From an uncultured virus (IMG/VR IMGVR_UViG_3300035181_001402) (taxonomy: Duplodnaviria; Heunggongvirae; Uroviricota; Caudoviricetes), in IMG/VR virus record IMGVR_UViG_3300035181_001402, positions 1 to 64,000 of that record: a stretch of DNA of 64,000 bases. The stretch is one strand, 5' to 3'. The position numbers and the translations under genes are program-made. Positions within the stretch are counted from its first letter, which is position 1. The number at the start of each line of letters is the position of its first letter. The notes below the pieces were generated by a model. It was not told the DNA's origin, did no database searches, and saw nothing but the letters and a program-made list of their open reading frames with translations. This document shows positions 49,310 through 58,457 of the stretch, one piece after another.

Positions 49310-49344
49310 TTGATCCGAGACCCTCGACGCGTGTAGAGACGACG
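49310..49344 (+). promoter_or_regulatory. Class-1 promoter TTGATC-N16-TGTAG
   Basis: TTGATC 49310-49315, TGTA 49332-49335, 9 nt to ATG 49345. Confidence 0.7.
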
Positions 49345-50187
49345 ATGAGAAATCTCAGAAGCGGTCGCGAAGAAAATCTCCCCTACAGCCTCAGCCGGTG
49401 GACGGATGTCCCGGCCGCCAAGTGGGACTGGTTCAAGGAAAGCCTCCGGGAAGGCTTCATGGAGGGCTTCGACCCGCGGACCGGCGTCCCTTCGAAGTGG
49501 TCTCTCGCGCCCGAAGATACTCTCGGGCTCGTCTTCTGGACGAAGGACCCCTGGAACCTGGTCATGGATCAGCGTCTCCCCCGGGACTTCAAGGTCAAGA
49601 TCCACGTCACCGTCACGGGCTGGGAGGAAGTGGAGAAGGGAGCCCCGACCCTTCTCCAGGGGGCATCGGGACTGAAAGCTGCCTCAGTCATCTATGGCCC
49701 TGAGAACGTCACCTGGCGTTTCTCGCCCGTCCCGCTGGTCCCCAACGTCGTCGAGCGGTTCGGCCGGATCCTCGTTCACGCGGCGGATGCTGGGCTCAAG
49801 AGCGTCTTCCTGTCCTTCCTCCAGACGAACGACCTCATGGCCGAAACCCGGACCGACGTCGATCGCCTCAACATCCTCGTGCAGATTGCCGAGCTGGGCG
49901 AGAAGCACGGCGTCAAGGTCCTCCTCTGCAATGAGGACCGGCTTCTCATCGGACATCCGGATGCCCATGCGAACCTCGCCTCGGGTATCTGTGCTCCGCC
50001 GGAAGACTTCTTCCTCGCAGGTCGGGAAAAGGCCCCTTCGGAGGGCTGTGGCTGCGTCCTGATGGTCGACCCGTTCACCATCAACGAGACCTGTACGATG
50101 GGGTGCAAGTACTGCTACGCGGCAGACGTGAACCTCGCGGACAAGAAGCGCAACACAACCAAGAGGTCTCTTCCTCTCGTGCGATGA
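49345..50187 (+). CDS. DUF1848 family (radical-SAM-related) protein
   Basis: SLSRWTDVPA, VFWTKDP, WRFSP, CGCV, C-terminal CTMGCKYCYA. Confidence 0.75.
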   Translation: MRNLRSGREENLPYSLSRWTDVPAAKWDWFKESLREGFMEGFDPRTGVPSKWSLAPEDTLGLVFWTKDPWNLVMDQRLPRDFKVKIHVTVTGWEEVEKGAPTLLQGASGLKAASVIYGPENVTWRFSPVPLVPNVVERFGRILVHAADAGLKSVFLSFLQTNDLMAETRTDVDRLNILVQIAELGEKHGVKVLLCNEDRLLIGHPDAHANLASGICAPPEDFFLAGREKAPSEGCGCVLMVDPFTINETCTMGCKYCYAADVNLADKKRNTTKRSLPLVR

Positions 50188-50615
50188 CCCCAGCCAAGAA
50201 AAAGGGGAAACCCCTCCCCAAGGACAAGCCCCGCACGACCGAATGGAAGGTATTCAGCCGGCGCAGGCTGCCGGGGGTCCAACACATCGAATACAAATCG
50301 ACGATTTGCTTGGCCTACGAGGTGGGGGAGTATCGTTGGGTCAACGGTGAAAAGCACATACAGTATCGGCGGGATGAACAAAGGGTGCATGCCTATGAGT
50401 TGGGGCATGTTACAGCCCTCAAGTTGATTGGCGGGCTGTTGCCTTATCTCTTTGACGCGGCGTACGAACTCTTCGAGAAGAGTAAAGGGTTGCAGCCGGA
50501 CCCCCGAGGAAGGGATGCCATCGTCAAGATCCCCAAGCCCGTCAAGTCGCGCAAGTTCAAGACGGCTATGGCGAAAGCTCTTCTGGGGAAGGATGATCTC
50601 GACGATGACTCCTGA
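50184..50615 (+). CDS. Hypothetical basic protein with acidic tail
   Basis: ATGA overlap. Confidence 0.5.
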   Translation: MTPAKKKGKPLPKDKPRTTEWKVFSRRRLPGVQHIEYKSTICLAYEVGEYRWVNGEKHIQYRRDEQRVHAYELGHVTALKLIGGLLPYLFDAAYELFEKSKGLQPDPRGRDAIVKIPKPVKSRKFKTAMAKALLGKDDLDDDS

Positions 50616-50874
50616 CATATCTATCCGTACTCTGGACGAAGACTCCCCCGACCTCACGGACGAAGATATCCGTCAAGCTCAACCGACAGGCGGAGCCGAC
50701 GATGTTGTCCAAGCGCTGAAAAACTTGTCATGCTGCTCTTGTGCGGCTCGACCGGAGCCCACCTCGTACGCCCTTCGTCGAAAGGCCTCCCACTTCTACT
50801 GGAAGGTGGGGTTACGCTGCCTTGAGGGACACGAGCGGATCTTGGTTTTCCAGACGGATTGGATCGGACGATGA
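50605..50874 (+). CDS. Small Zn-ribbon-like protein
   Basis: CCSC...CLEGH. Confidence 0.45.
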   Translation: MTPDISIRTLDEDSPDLTDEDIRQAQPTGGADDVVQALKNLSCCSCAARPEPTSYALRRKASHFYWKVGLRCLEGHERILVFQTDWIGR

Positions 50875-51218
50875 GCGACAACTGTTGCGATGAGGAGCCC
50901 CGATGCACCAACTGCGATCGGGACACGAAGAACAACGTGTGGCTGGAGCGAGGCACGCCGGGGGCGATCGGTATCTGCCTCCTCGACACGATGACCCGAG
51001 AGCAGGTCATCTACTGCCTGGAGCACGATGAGAAGTCCCGAGCGGACCTCCTACGGATCACATCCAACCCGGACCTCCTGGAGCTGGCTGCCACGGTCAC
51101 ACGGCTCCCGACTGTGGAGCTGATGGACGCGATGCAGAGCGACTTCAACCGGGAGGGCCCCAAGACGAACGTGCTCTACTCGACGTTCAAGGGGATCTCT
51201 CCCTGGGTGGGGTCGTGA
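50871..51218 (+). CDS. Hypothetical Cys-containing protein
   Basis: ATGA overlap; GC3-rich. Confidence 0.55.
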   Translation: MSDNCCDEEPRCTNCDRDTKNNVWLERGTPGAIGICLLDTMTREQVIYCLEHDEKSRADLLRITSNPDLLELAATVTRLPTVELMDAMQSDFNREGPKTNVLYSTFKGISPWVGS

Positions 51219-51751
51219 ATGAAGACCCGCCTACTGGAGACGCAGACGCAGTCCTTGGCTCCGAAGAACGCAATCGAGTGGCACAGGCTGATGACGCAGG
51301 TCCTCACCTCCGCTCAGACGATCGACTCCCGTCATCTTCCCGGTCTACGAATGGCCGTGTCGAAGGGGCAGACCGAGCAAGCTCTCCGTCGGATGGGGAT
51401 CATCTGCCAGGCGGACATCGAGCGGGAGTTCCCCAAGAAGTAGACCCTGCTGACGAAGCTCTCCAGAGCTTCTCGACCGGAGACCCCACCCAGGTCTTTG
51501 CCGCCGTTGAGAAGCTCTCTGAGGCCTACCACGAGCTTCTCGCGGAAGGTGCTCGGCTACGGTTCCGTCTGAATTTTGGGACAGCTATCTGCGAACGTTG
51601 TGAAGGGCTCAAGGCTGGGCCTGGCGTGGTTGCAACGTGTTTCCAGATCAAGAAGTGCAATTTTGGAAACGTTCGTGAAGAGGACGTTTCCAAAAAGCAT
51701 CTCAGAGTCCTGAATTCTCGAATTGGAACCGACCCCAAAATATATCCTTGA
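51219..51751 (+). CDS. Hypothetical protein, apparent frameshift at ~51431
   Basis: MKTRLLE...EREFP joins QEVDPADE...CERC..C..C if CCCC is read as CCCCC. Confidence 0.5.
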
Positions 51752-51855
51752 CAGATCCTCCAGGTTAGGGTCCTATCACAGGGAACCATCTTACCGTCTT
51801 CGGCATACCCCAAAGGGACCGAGAGACGGCATGTGCATCTGGAGATCATCCCAAT

Positions 51856-52650
51856 ATGAACAAGATCACGTACGAGAGCACCCTATCCGAGCTTCAGGCC
51901 GAAGTTGCCACGAAGCAGGCCGAAGCGGTGAAGGCCGCGGACAAGGTGACGAAGTTCGTCGAAATCTTCGGTGACGGATCGTCGGCCTCAGCAGCTCCCG
52001 CAGCGGCCCCCAAGGGCAAGCCCGGCCGCAAGCCGAAGGCTGCAACGGAGGATGCCACGAGCACTCCGGAACCTGTGAAGCCGAAGGGCAAGCCGGGTCG
52101 CAAGCCGAAGGCCAAGGACGAGTCCGCCGCAGACCCGAAGCCCAAGGTGGCGGGCATGAGCCGAGCCGCGGAAGGCCGTCGCCAGGTGGCCAATGGGGAT
52201 CGTCCCAAGCTGCACGACGCCATGGCAGTCACGGCTGGGGATCGCATCGTGAACGCGGACACCCTCTTCACGGAGATGAAGGAGATGGGCTGGTTGCCCT
52301 TCTCGGACAACCCGCGAGGATACATCTCGTACACCCTCTCCTCGGCCAAGGAGACCTTCGAGAAGGTCCCGGCCAAGGGACGCGGCTTCTATCGCGTCGT
52401 GTCCTCGTACGAGGCTCCCCCTGCCCTCGTCGCGCAGAAGCTCGCCAAGGGCAGCTCGCCCAAGGCTGCCGTCGAGCCTGTCAAGGCGTCCTCGGACGAA
52501 GACAAGAAGGCGGAATCGGAAGTGAAGGCAGCTCCCGTCGAAGACGAGGCTCCCGCCACGACTCCCAAGGCGTCCGTCGTGAAGCGCAAGAGCACGGACG
52601 ACGTCCTCAAGGATGCCGGCCTCGAACTCGGCGGTCCTTTCGGCGGCTGA
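51856..52650 (+). CDS. Histone-like/AT-hook-like DNA-binding protein
   Basis: Two KGKPGRKPKA repeats, Lys/Ala/Pro-rich, central winged-helix-like segment ending GRGFYR. Confidence 0.6.
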   Translation: MNKITYESTLSELQAEVATKQAEAVKAADKVTKFVEIFGDGSSASAAPAAAPKGKPGRKPKAATEDATSTPEPVKPKGKPGRKPKAKDESAADPKPKVAGMSRAAEGRRQVANGDRPKLHDAMAVTAGDRIVNADTLFTEMKEMGWLPFSDNPRGYISYTLSSAKETFEKVPAKGRGFYRVVSSYEAPPALVAQKLAKGSSPKAAVEPVKASSDEDKKAESEVKAAPVEDEAPATTPKASVVKRKSTDDVLKDAGLELGGPFGG

Positions 52651-52679
52651 ACGATCCCTCTCTGCTTGGGAGCGGATTC

Positions 52680-52685
52680 GGTGTC
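52680..52685 (+). promoter_or_regulatory. Class-2 motif variant GGTGTC
   Basis: 10 nt upstream of ATG 52696. Confidence 0.5.
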
Positions 52686-52695
52686 AGTATAGGCG

Positions 52696-53067
52696 ATGCC
52701 CTCCGCTCTTCTCGCTCAACACCTCGCCCAACGCCTTCTTCGCAGTCTGGCTCGAAGGACTGTCTACCTCCCGAGAAGTCGAGAGGAGGGGGACATCGGT
52801 CCCTACCATCGCATGCTCGGGTTGGAAGACGACATCGAGAAGTCCGCTCACGCCGAGTGGGTGGGGCACCTCAAGACCTGGGATCTCTCGGATCCTCCTC
52901 AAAAAGCCATCCTGACGCACGTCATAGAGAATTCCTTCCGGAATGCGCTTTACGACGTGCGTCGGTCGTTCGAAGATGACGCAGCAACGGCGTTCCCCAT
53001 CCTCAAGAAGTTCGAGGAGCAGTTCACGCCTCAAGACCTCCTGATTCCGGCAGTGGTGGAAGCATGA
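52696..53067 (+). CDS. Hypothetical protein
   Basis: 123 aa. Confidence 0.55.
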   Translation: MPSALLAQHLAQRLLRSLARRTVYLPRSREEGDIGPYHRMLGLEDDIEKSAHAEWVGHLKTWDLSDPPQKAILTHVIENSFRNALYDVRRSFEDDAATAFPILKKFEEQFTPQDLLIPAVVEA

Positions 53068-53582
53068 AGCTCGGAGACCTTCTTCTGCACGATGGGCAGC
53101 ACTGGATTGTCCGCAAGTACGACCTGAAGCGTACGCACATGTCGGAGCTTCTCGCAGCCTCCGGGCAGGTGAAGGAGATTCGCTTCGATGCGGATCTCAA
53201 GGGAGAGGCGACGGTTCTCTCCAACCCGCAGACGGAGTGGCCGTTCGTGGTCATGCAGTCCAGGCCCAGCTTGGGCCGGTTGCAGTACATCGCTCGCATC
53301 ATCGGGCCTCTGGCAACTCCGACGGAAGAACCCTTGAGGTTGTACGTTGACTGGGTGGCGAGCGACCCCGCTCGAATGGGTGGGCCCGTGTTCTTCTCGC
53401 CCATGTTGGGGCTGCAATCTGGGAACCTCCTCGTGGCCGTTCACGAGAAAGGCCGCTCGCGGATCGACATCACCGCGCAATTCAAGACGGTCAAGCAACG
53501 AATCGCCCACGTCGCCGTCAAGCCGAAACCCGAGAAGAACGCCTATACCCATCTTCTCGATGACGCCGAGTTCGACGAATGA
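53064..53582 (+). CDS. Hypothetical protein, ends KNAYTHLLDDAEFDE
   Basis: ATGA overlap. Confidence 0.6.
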   Translation: MKLGDLLLHDGQHWIVRKYDLKRTHMSELLAASGQVKEIRFDADLKGEATVLSNPQTEWPFVVMQSRPSLGRLQYIARIIGPLATPTEEPLRLYVDWVASDPARMGGPVFFSPMLGLQSGNLLVAVHEKGRSRIDITAQFKTVKQRIAHVAVKPKPEKNAYTHLLDDAEFDE

Positions 53583-54211
53583 CCCGACGGTCGCTCCCCC
53601 TTCTTTTGGAGAGAGACACACATGAGGTCGAAGCTCAACGCTTCGAGCGAGCTGGGGCCTTCGAGGCTTCGGTTCGTGACACGGCAGAGGATCTCGGACG
53701 GGTAATCTCGTGTGTCGTGAAGTGCTCCGCCTGCTGTTCCCACCCTGTGGGGATCTCTATTCTTGAGGGTATCAGTCTCTTCCGATGGCTGGTCGAACGA
53801 GGGCTTTGGACTGCGAGCCTACAGGCAAAGCTCCAGACTCACTCGACGCAGGTATGGGGCCTTGCTCATGAAGTCTGGTTCCTGAGCAACATCCCTTGCC
53901 CACTTCTCTCTGAGAGCAAGTGCTCTGCACACGAGGGCCGACCCTTCGTCTGTAGGACAACCTGGTCGACGGGGGACCCCTACGATTGCCACCCGCACCG
54001 ATTCGGACCTCGAACAGGGATCGTCCCGAGAGCGGACACCATTCGAGATTTCCACCAGATGGAGGCTTCCAAGCTCCGTCAGCATGTGTTGAAACATATC
54101 CCTCTACCTATCTCCAAAGCGCTACTACTCGCGGAGCGTGTCTGTTCGGGTAAACTTGCGATAGAAGACGTACAGCACACGCTCTTGAAAGAGTATGGGG
54201 ACGTCGGATGA
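53579..54211 (+). CDS. YkgJ-family CxxxCxxCC cysteine cluster protein
   Basis: CVVKCSACC...CPLL...CSAHEGRPFVCR. Confidence 0.8.
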   Translation: MTRRSLPLLLERDTHEVEAQRFERAGAFEASVRDTAEDLGRVISCVVKCSACCSHPVGISILEGISLFRWLVERGLWTASLQAKLQTHSTQVWGLAHEVWFLSNIPCPLLSESKCSAHEGRPFVCRTTWSTGDPYDCHPHRFGPRTGIVPRADTIRDFHQMEASKLRQHVLKHIPLPISKALLLAERVCSGKLAIEDVQHTLLKEYGDVG

Positions 54212-54495
54212 AATGCTGTGTTTGCTCGAAGAAGATCGAGTCGTCGGCCTGTGTCACGCTTCGACTATCGGACTCCGAGAAGGAGTCGGTACGACAAATG
54301 GGGCAAGAGCCTCAAAATGAGTACGAGTATTGTCGACCATGCTTTCGACTACTCTCGAACCCGGAGCAGGGCGCACAGCTCATCCGGGGGACATTCCAGC
54401 TCGCTTTGCGCTCGGAGGGGGTCCCCGATGCAGAGTCAAAGGCTCGGAAGTATTACGATTTTCTGATTCGTGGGGCCAACCATCCCACCCACTGA
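54208..54495 (+). CDS. Small Zn-finger protein
   Basis: CCVC...YCRPC. Confidence 0.55.
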   Translation: MKCCVCSKKIESSACVTLRLSDSEKESVRQMGQEPQNEYEYCRPCFRLLSNPEQGAQLIRGTFQLALRSEGVPDAESKARKYYDFLIRGANHPTH

Positions 54496-54503
54496 GGATA
54501 TGT

Positions 54504-55025
54504 ATGAGCGACAACAGAGAGCCCCTGGAACCGAACGAGGAGTTTGCCCGTGCCCTTCAGGCACAAATGCCGGCGGTCACGAGCCAGGCGCAGTTCAACG
54601 CCTTCATGGCATCGTTTGACGCGCTTCGCTTCACCTTCAACGAAATCTGCGCGGGAAACCTGGCTCAGGAGACGGAAGGCCGAAAGGCCCTGGACATGTC
54701 CCTTGAGTTGGGCCGCAAGGTGACCGAGGTGACCGAGCAGCTCAAGGACATCCCGGAGGCTGCAACTTCCAAGGCCGCGGAGGAGTACAAGAATCCCCCG
54801 GCGCAGTACTACGAGTACGACATTCAACGCGCTCTGCTCTCGGAGCTGGAGCAGTTGGCTGAGCTGGATAAGCTCAATGAGTGGTACAGCCTCACCAAAG
54901 AGCGCCGAGAGATGGTGAAGACATCGAGCCTTCGGAACGCTCTCTTCGATGCGATCCGGAGTCGTAAATCGCTGTTGACAGCGTGGGGTCTCAAGAAGTC
55001 CGCAGAAGGAGAACAGAACCAGTGA
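54504..55025 (+). CDS. Hypothetical helical protein
   Basis: GAGGA RBS; 173 aa. Confidence 0.6.
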   Translation: MSDNREPLEPNEEFARALQAQMPAVTSQAQFNAFMASFDALRFTFNEICAGNLAQETEGRKALDMSLELGRKVTEVTEQLKDIPEAATSKAAEEYKNPPAQYYEYDIQRALLSELEQLAELDKLNEWYSLTKERREMVKTSSLRNALFDAIRSRKSLLTAWGLKKSAEGEQNQ

Positions 55026-55417
55026 AAGTGCTCGTGACCGGGTCGAGGGATTACAAGAACCAGCTCGGGATGCGGAGGGTCTTCGACAAGCTCGCCGAGA
55101 AGACCCTCCGCATCATCATCGTCCACGGGGACTGTCCGACGGGGGCTGATGCCATGGCGACCGAGCTGGCCAAGGAGTACGGCTTCGAGGTGCGGGCCTA
55201 CCCCGCCGACTGGGACGCGGCGAAAGCAGCGGGCAACCCCAAGTCTGCGGGCCCGATCCGGAACGCGAAGATGATCCGCGACGAGCACCCCCACAAGGAC
55301 GGGACGTCCTTCGACCTCGGGATCGCCTTCACCCCCGACCTGGAGCGCAGCCGGGGGACGAAGGACTGCCACACCCGAGCGAGGGCGGCGGGGATCAAGA
55401 TGCTCCTCTTCCCGTAG
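55022..55417 (+). CDS. YspA/SLOG family (DUF2493) protein
   Basis: VLVTGSR, IVHGDCPTGAD, YPADW, AGPIRN. Confidence 0.85.
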   Translation: MKVLVTGSRDYKNQLGMRRVFDKLAEKTLRIIIVHGDCPTGADAMATELAKEYGFEVRAYPADWDAAKAAGNPKSAGPIRNAKMIRDEHPHKDGTSFDLGIAFTPDLERSRGTKDCHTRARAAGIKMLLFP

Positions 55418-55422
55418 GTTTC

Positions 55423-55428
55423 GGTGTA
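55423..55428 (+). promoter_or_regulatory. Class-2 motif GGTGTA
   Basis: 10 nt upstream of ATG 55439. Confidence 0.65.
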
Positions 55429-55438
55429 AGATTGGAGG

Positions 55439-55771
55439 ATGCACACCTCCAGGCACTACAATTCCCCTGAGCGAAAACAGGGGATGCGTCCATCGTGCCG
55501 GCGGTGGAACAAGGAGAAGCTCCTCTCCGTGATACGCCAAGATGTCCAGGACATCTTGGCGTATCACCGATCAATGATCGGCCTCTTCATCGAGAAGGTG
55601 GCTGAGAAGTACCGAGCCAAGCGGAGCCTGGTCGCTTGGTGCTTCTCCAGGTTGAAGGCGGAGGGGCTCATCGGACCGCCCTGCAATGCCGTCCCCCAAG
55701 AAATGTACTCCGGCAAACGAGCCGGCATGATTTGGCAAGCAACCTGTTTCATCGTAACTCTGAAGCCATGA
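55439..55771 (+). CDS. Winged-helix-like protein, tandem paralogue 1
   Basis: VAWCFSRLKAEGLI...WQAT. Confidence 0.55.
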   Translation: MHTSRHYNSPERKQGMRPSCRRWNKEKLLSVIRQDVQDILAYHRSMIGLFIEKVAEKYRAKRSLVAWCFSRLKAEGLIGPPCNAVPQEMYSGKRAGMIWQATCFIVTLKP

Positions 55772-56114
55772 TCACCTACCGATCCGGCGGGTCGCTTCGA
55801 CGCAAATCCCAGATCCGTGCCTCGATGAGGCGGTGGGAGAGGGAGAAGCTTCTTGTTGCGATCCGAGAGGCCATCAAGAAGGACTTCGCAGCTCTTCCGC
55901 ACCACAAGTACCGCTACCATGTGTGCATCGAGTCGTTCGTCAACTCGATGCGAGCCAAGCAAGCGCTCGTGGCGTGGGTCTTCTCGCGTCTGAAGACAGC
56001 GGGGCTCATCGGGGCGCCTGAGAACAGCATACCCCACGACTGCTACCGGGTTGCTTGCCACACCCCACCTCGATGTGGCAAGCAACCCGTTTCCCCGTTC
56101 TCCTGGAAGCATGA
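55768..56114 (+). CDS. Winged-helix-like protein, tandem paralogue 2, frameshift at ~56048
   Basis: VAWVFSRLKTAGLI; the homologous MWQATRF tail is in the -1 frame and its stop overlaps the next ATG. Confidence 0.55.
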
Positions 56115-56356
56115 CTACCGAAGAAGACAATCTACCCCTTGGGGCCTCACCCAGTTACGATGTCCCCAAGGGAGGTTCTGCTTTCTTCCTTCAGGCAGAT
56201 CGCAGCATTGGGCACACAACGGATACATGGGTCAAAGTCCCTCTTTGGGATATGGCACCCGAAGACGAAGAACTCTTGGTCCTCTGTGGCCCTTTCCAGC
56301 GAGTTCTTCGTGTTCGAGGAGAATCTGGTATCGGCCTTGTCGGATTCTGTTGGTGA
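56111..56356 (+). CDS. Hypothetical protein
   Basis: ATGA overlap. Confidence 0.45.
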   Translation: MTTEEDNLPLGASPSYDVPKGGSAFFLQADRSIGHTTDTWVKVPLWDMAPEDEELLVLCGPFQRVLRVRGESGIGLVGFCW

Positions 56357-56359
56357 AGC

Positions 56360-56893
56360 ATGATCCACTACCTCATCGGCAATGCCGTCCGACCCCAAGG
56401 CACGGGGACGCGATACATCGTCCACATCTGCAACGACGTCGGGGGATGGGGCGCTGGATTCGTCCTCGCGATCTCGGGGCGTTGGTTTGACCCCGAGATC
56501 GCCTACCGAGAGTGGTATCGAAACGGGAAGCATCCTCGAAGCGGACCGTTCGCTCTTGGGGAGGTTCAAAGCGTGAGCGTCCAGGGGAAGACCCATGAGG
56601 ACAACGGGATCTGGGTGATGAACATGATCGCCCAAACCGGCTACGGCTCCAAGAAGACGCAGCACAAGGGCGCAGACGATGACGGGCCTCCGATTCGCTA
56701 CGACGCACTGAGGAAGTGCCTCCAGAAGGTGGCAAAGGCTGCCAGGACCACCCAAGCCACGATCCACATGCCGAGGATCGGCTGTGGGCTCGCGGGTGGG
56801 TCTTGGGCGGAGGTCTCCAAGATCATCGAAGAGACCATGGGTGGCCTCGATGTCTACGTGTACGACGTCCCTGGAGGGACCTACCGAGCATGA
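56360..56893 (+). CDS. Macrodomain protein (ADP-ribose hydrolase-like)
   Basis: IVHICNDVGGWGAGF, MPRIGCGLAGGSW. Confidence 0.88.
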   Translation: MIHYLIGNAVRPQGTGTRYIVHICNDVGGWGAGFVLAISGRWFDPEIAYREWYRNGKHPRSGPFALGEVQSVSVQGKTHEDNGIWVMNMIAQTGYGSKKTQHKGADDDGPPIRYDALRKCLQKVAKAARTTQATIHMPRIGCGLAGGSWAEVSKIIEETMGGLDVYVYDVPGGTYRA

Positions 56894-57161
56894 TCCTTCG
56901 ATCTGGGAACCTGCCTCAGCAGACGCTCGTTTTCTCTGTCGTCGTGATCACGAGACTGGGTCGTCAATCATGTCTCTTTCCCCAAAAGAGATCGATGAAA
57001 CCGAGAAGAAGACTTGGCTCCAAAGAAAGCCGGGGCTGGGATGGATCTGGAAGGTCTGTCATGGGTCCAATGACTGGAAGGGCTTCGATCTGGACTTCGA
57101 GAAGGCAAAAGAAGCGGCGGATGCTCGCGCTCTCCAGCTTGGGCGCACGTTCTTGGTGTAG
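56890..57161 (+). CDS. Small hypothetical protein (possible frameshift ~56980, or starts at 56970)
   Basis: ATGA overlap at 56890; C-terminal part is in the -1 frame. Confidence 0.35.
57155..57160 (+). promoter_or_regulatory. Class-2 motif GGTGTA
   Basis: 10 nt upstream of ATG 57171; overlaps the upstream stop. Confidence 0.65.
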
Positions 57162-57170
57162 CTGCGTGGG

Positions 57171-58166
57171 ATGATCTCCCTCGACAAGCTCGACGCCGTC
57201 ACCACCCTCATCGTTCACGACAACTGCCCGGATGGTCTCGCCTCAGCGATGATCCTGCATGACGCTCTGCCCAAGGCCGAGATCGTCTTCATGCGGCACA
57301 TGTCCCCCGAGCTGGCCGCCCTGGAGCCCAAGCCGGGGATGCTCTTCTGCGACTTCACCCCTCACGCCGACCAGGCCCAGAAGTTCGTGGACGCGGGCGC
57401 CATCGTGCTCGACCACCACAAGTCCTCGGAGGCGACCATCAAGTCCTTCGGGGAGAACAGCGTCTACGCAGACGAAGCTCTGGAACCGGGTGTCTCCGGA
57501 GCGGTCCTCGCTTTCCGTGAGGTGTGGCGTCCGATGTGCCGGCTCGCAGGCCGAACGAGGCCCACGGCCTATGAGAAGCTGATCGAAGACTTCGCAACCC
57601 TCGCTGGCATCCGGGACACCTGGCAGAGGAGAAGCCCTCGCTGGCTCGAAGCCTGTGCTCAGGCTGAAGCGCTTCTGTTCTGGCCGCGAGAGAAGTGGCT
57701 CAAGTGTGATGCGATCGATTGGTCCGACCTTGCGGAGATCGGGCCCGTCCTTGTCCAGAAGCAGCAAGCCAAGGTCGAGAGCATTGTGGCGAGGGCCTAC
57801 CGCTACACGACGCCGGTCGGGACGCGGGTGGTGGTCTTCCAGGGGCTCACGACGACGAGCGATGCAGCGGAGCTGCTTGGCGAGGATGCAGACCTCGTCA
57901 TCGGGTTCTCATGCCAGTTCGACGGGGAGAACCACAAGCTCGCGTTCTCGACGCGGAGCCACACGACGTTCGACTGTGCGAAGTTCGCGAAGGTCTTCGG
58001 GGGTGGCGGACACACGAAAGCCGCGGGGTTCAATCGGACGATGGTCCCGACTGATCCGCAGCCTTACGAGATGATCCGTCGGACTCTCGCGCTGTTCGAA
58101 GGCCCCAAGGAGACCTTCTACTCGGAGGTCAACGACGAGCCCTACAGGAATCTCATCGACGGGTAG
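57171..58166 (+). CDS. DHH/DHHA1 family phosphoesterase
   Basis: HDNCPDG, CDF, LDHH, GGGGHTKAAGF. Confidence 0.88.
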   Translation: MISLDKLDAVTTLIVHDNCPDGLASAMILHDALPKAEIVFMRHMSPELAALEPKPGMLFCDFTPHADQAQKFVDAGAIVLDHHKSSEATIKSFGENSVYADEALEPGVSGAVLAFREVWRPMCRLAGRTRPTAYEKLIEDFATLAGIRDTWQRRSPRWLEACAQAEALLFWPREKWLKCDAIDWSDLAEIGPVLVQKQQAKVESIVARAYRYTTPVGTRVVVFQGLTTTSDAAELLGEDADLVIGFSCQFDGENHKLAFSTRSHTTFDCAKFAKVFGGGGHTKAAGFNRTMVPTDPQPYEMIRRTLALFEGPKETFYSEVNDEPYRNLIDG

Positions 58167-58167
58167 C

Positions 58168-58416
58168 TCAGAACTGGGGGAGGAGTTTGGCGGGGGCGAT
58201 CTGCCAGCCGGGGATGACATCTCCCATGCTGAGGGGGCTGAGAGTCAGGGAGTTACGGCCCAGAACCTCAGCCAACCAGCCCACATGGTAGCAAGTGCCA
58301 CCGATACTGACGGCGAGGGCATCGAACAAGCGGTCGCCGTCAACCGTGTACTCCCGCCCGTTGAACTCGAACTCGAACTCGTACTTGTTCGTCTTCTTGT
58401 CGAGCTTGGCCTTCAT
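58168..58416 (-). CDS. Hypothetical protein (class-1 promoter)
   Basis: 82 aa; ATG 8 nt after TGTA. Confidence 0.6.
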   Translation of the reverse strand: MKAKLDKKTNKYEFEFEFNGREYTVDGDRLFDALAVSIGGTCYHVGWLAEVLGRNSLTLSPLSMGDVIPGWQIAPAKLLPQF

Positions 58417-58452
58417 GGGGGTCCTACAAGGCCAAGCTCGACGCGATCAACC
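58417..58452 (-). promoter_or_regulatory. Class-1 promoter TTGATC-N16-TGTAG, leaderless
   Basis: TTGATC 58450-58445, TGTA 58428-58425. Confidence 0.75.
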
Positions 58453-58457
58453 GAAGG

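Noticed and set aside
55636..56490. 284-aa ORF in the track
   Set aside because: Artefact of an upstream GTG and the frameshift at ~56048; paralogue alignment and the ATGA overlap support 55768-56114.
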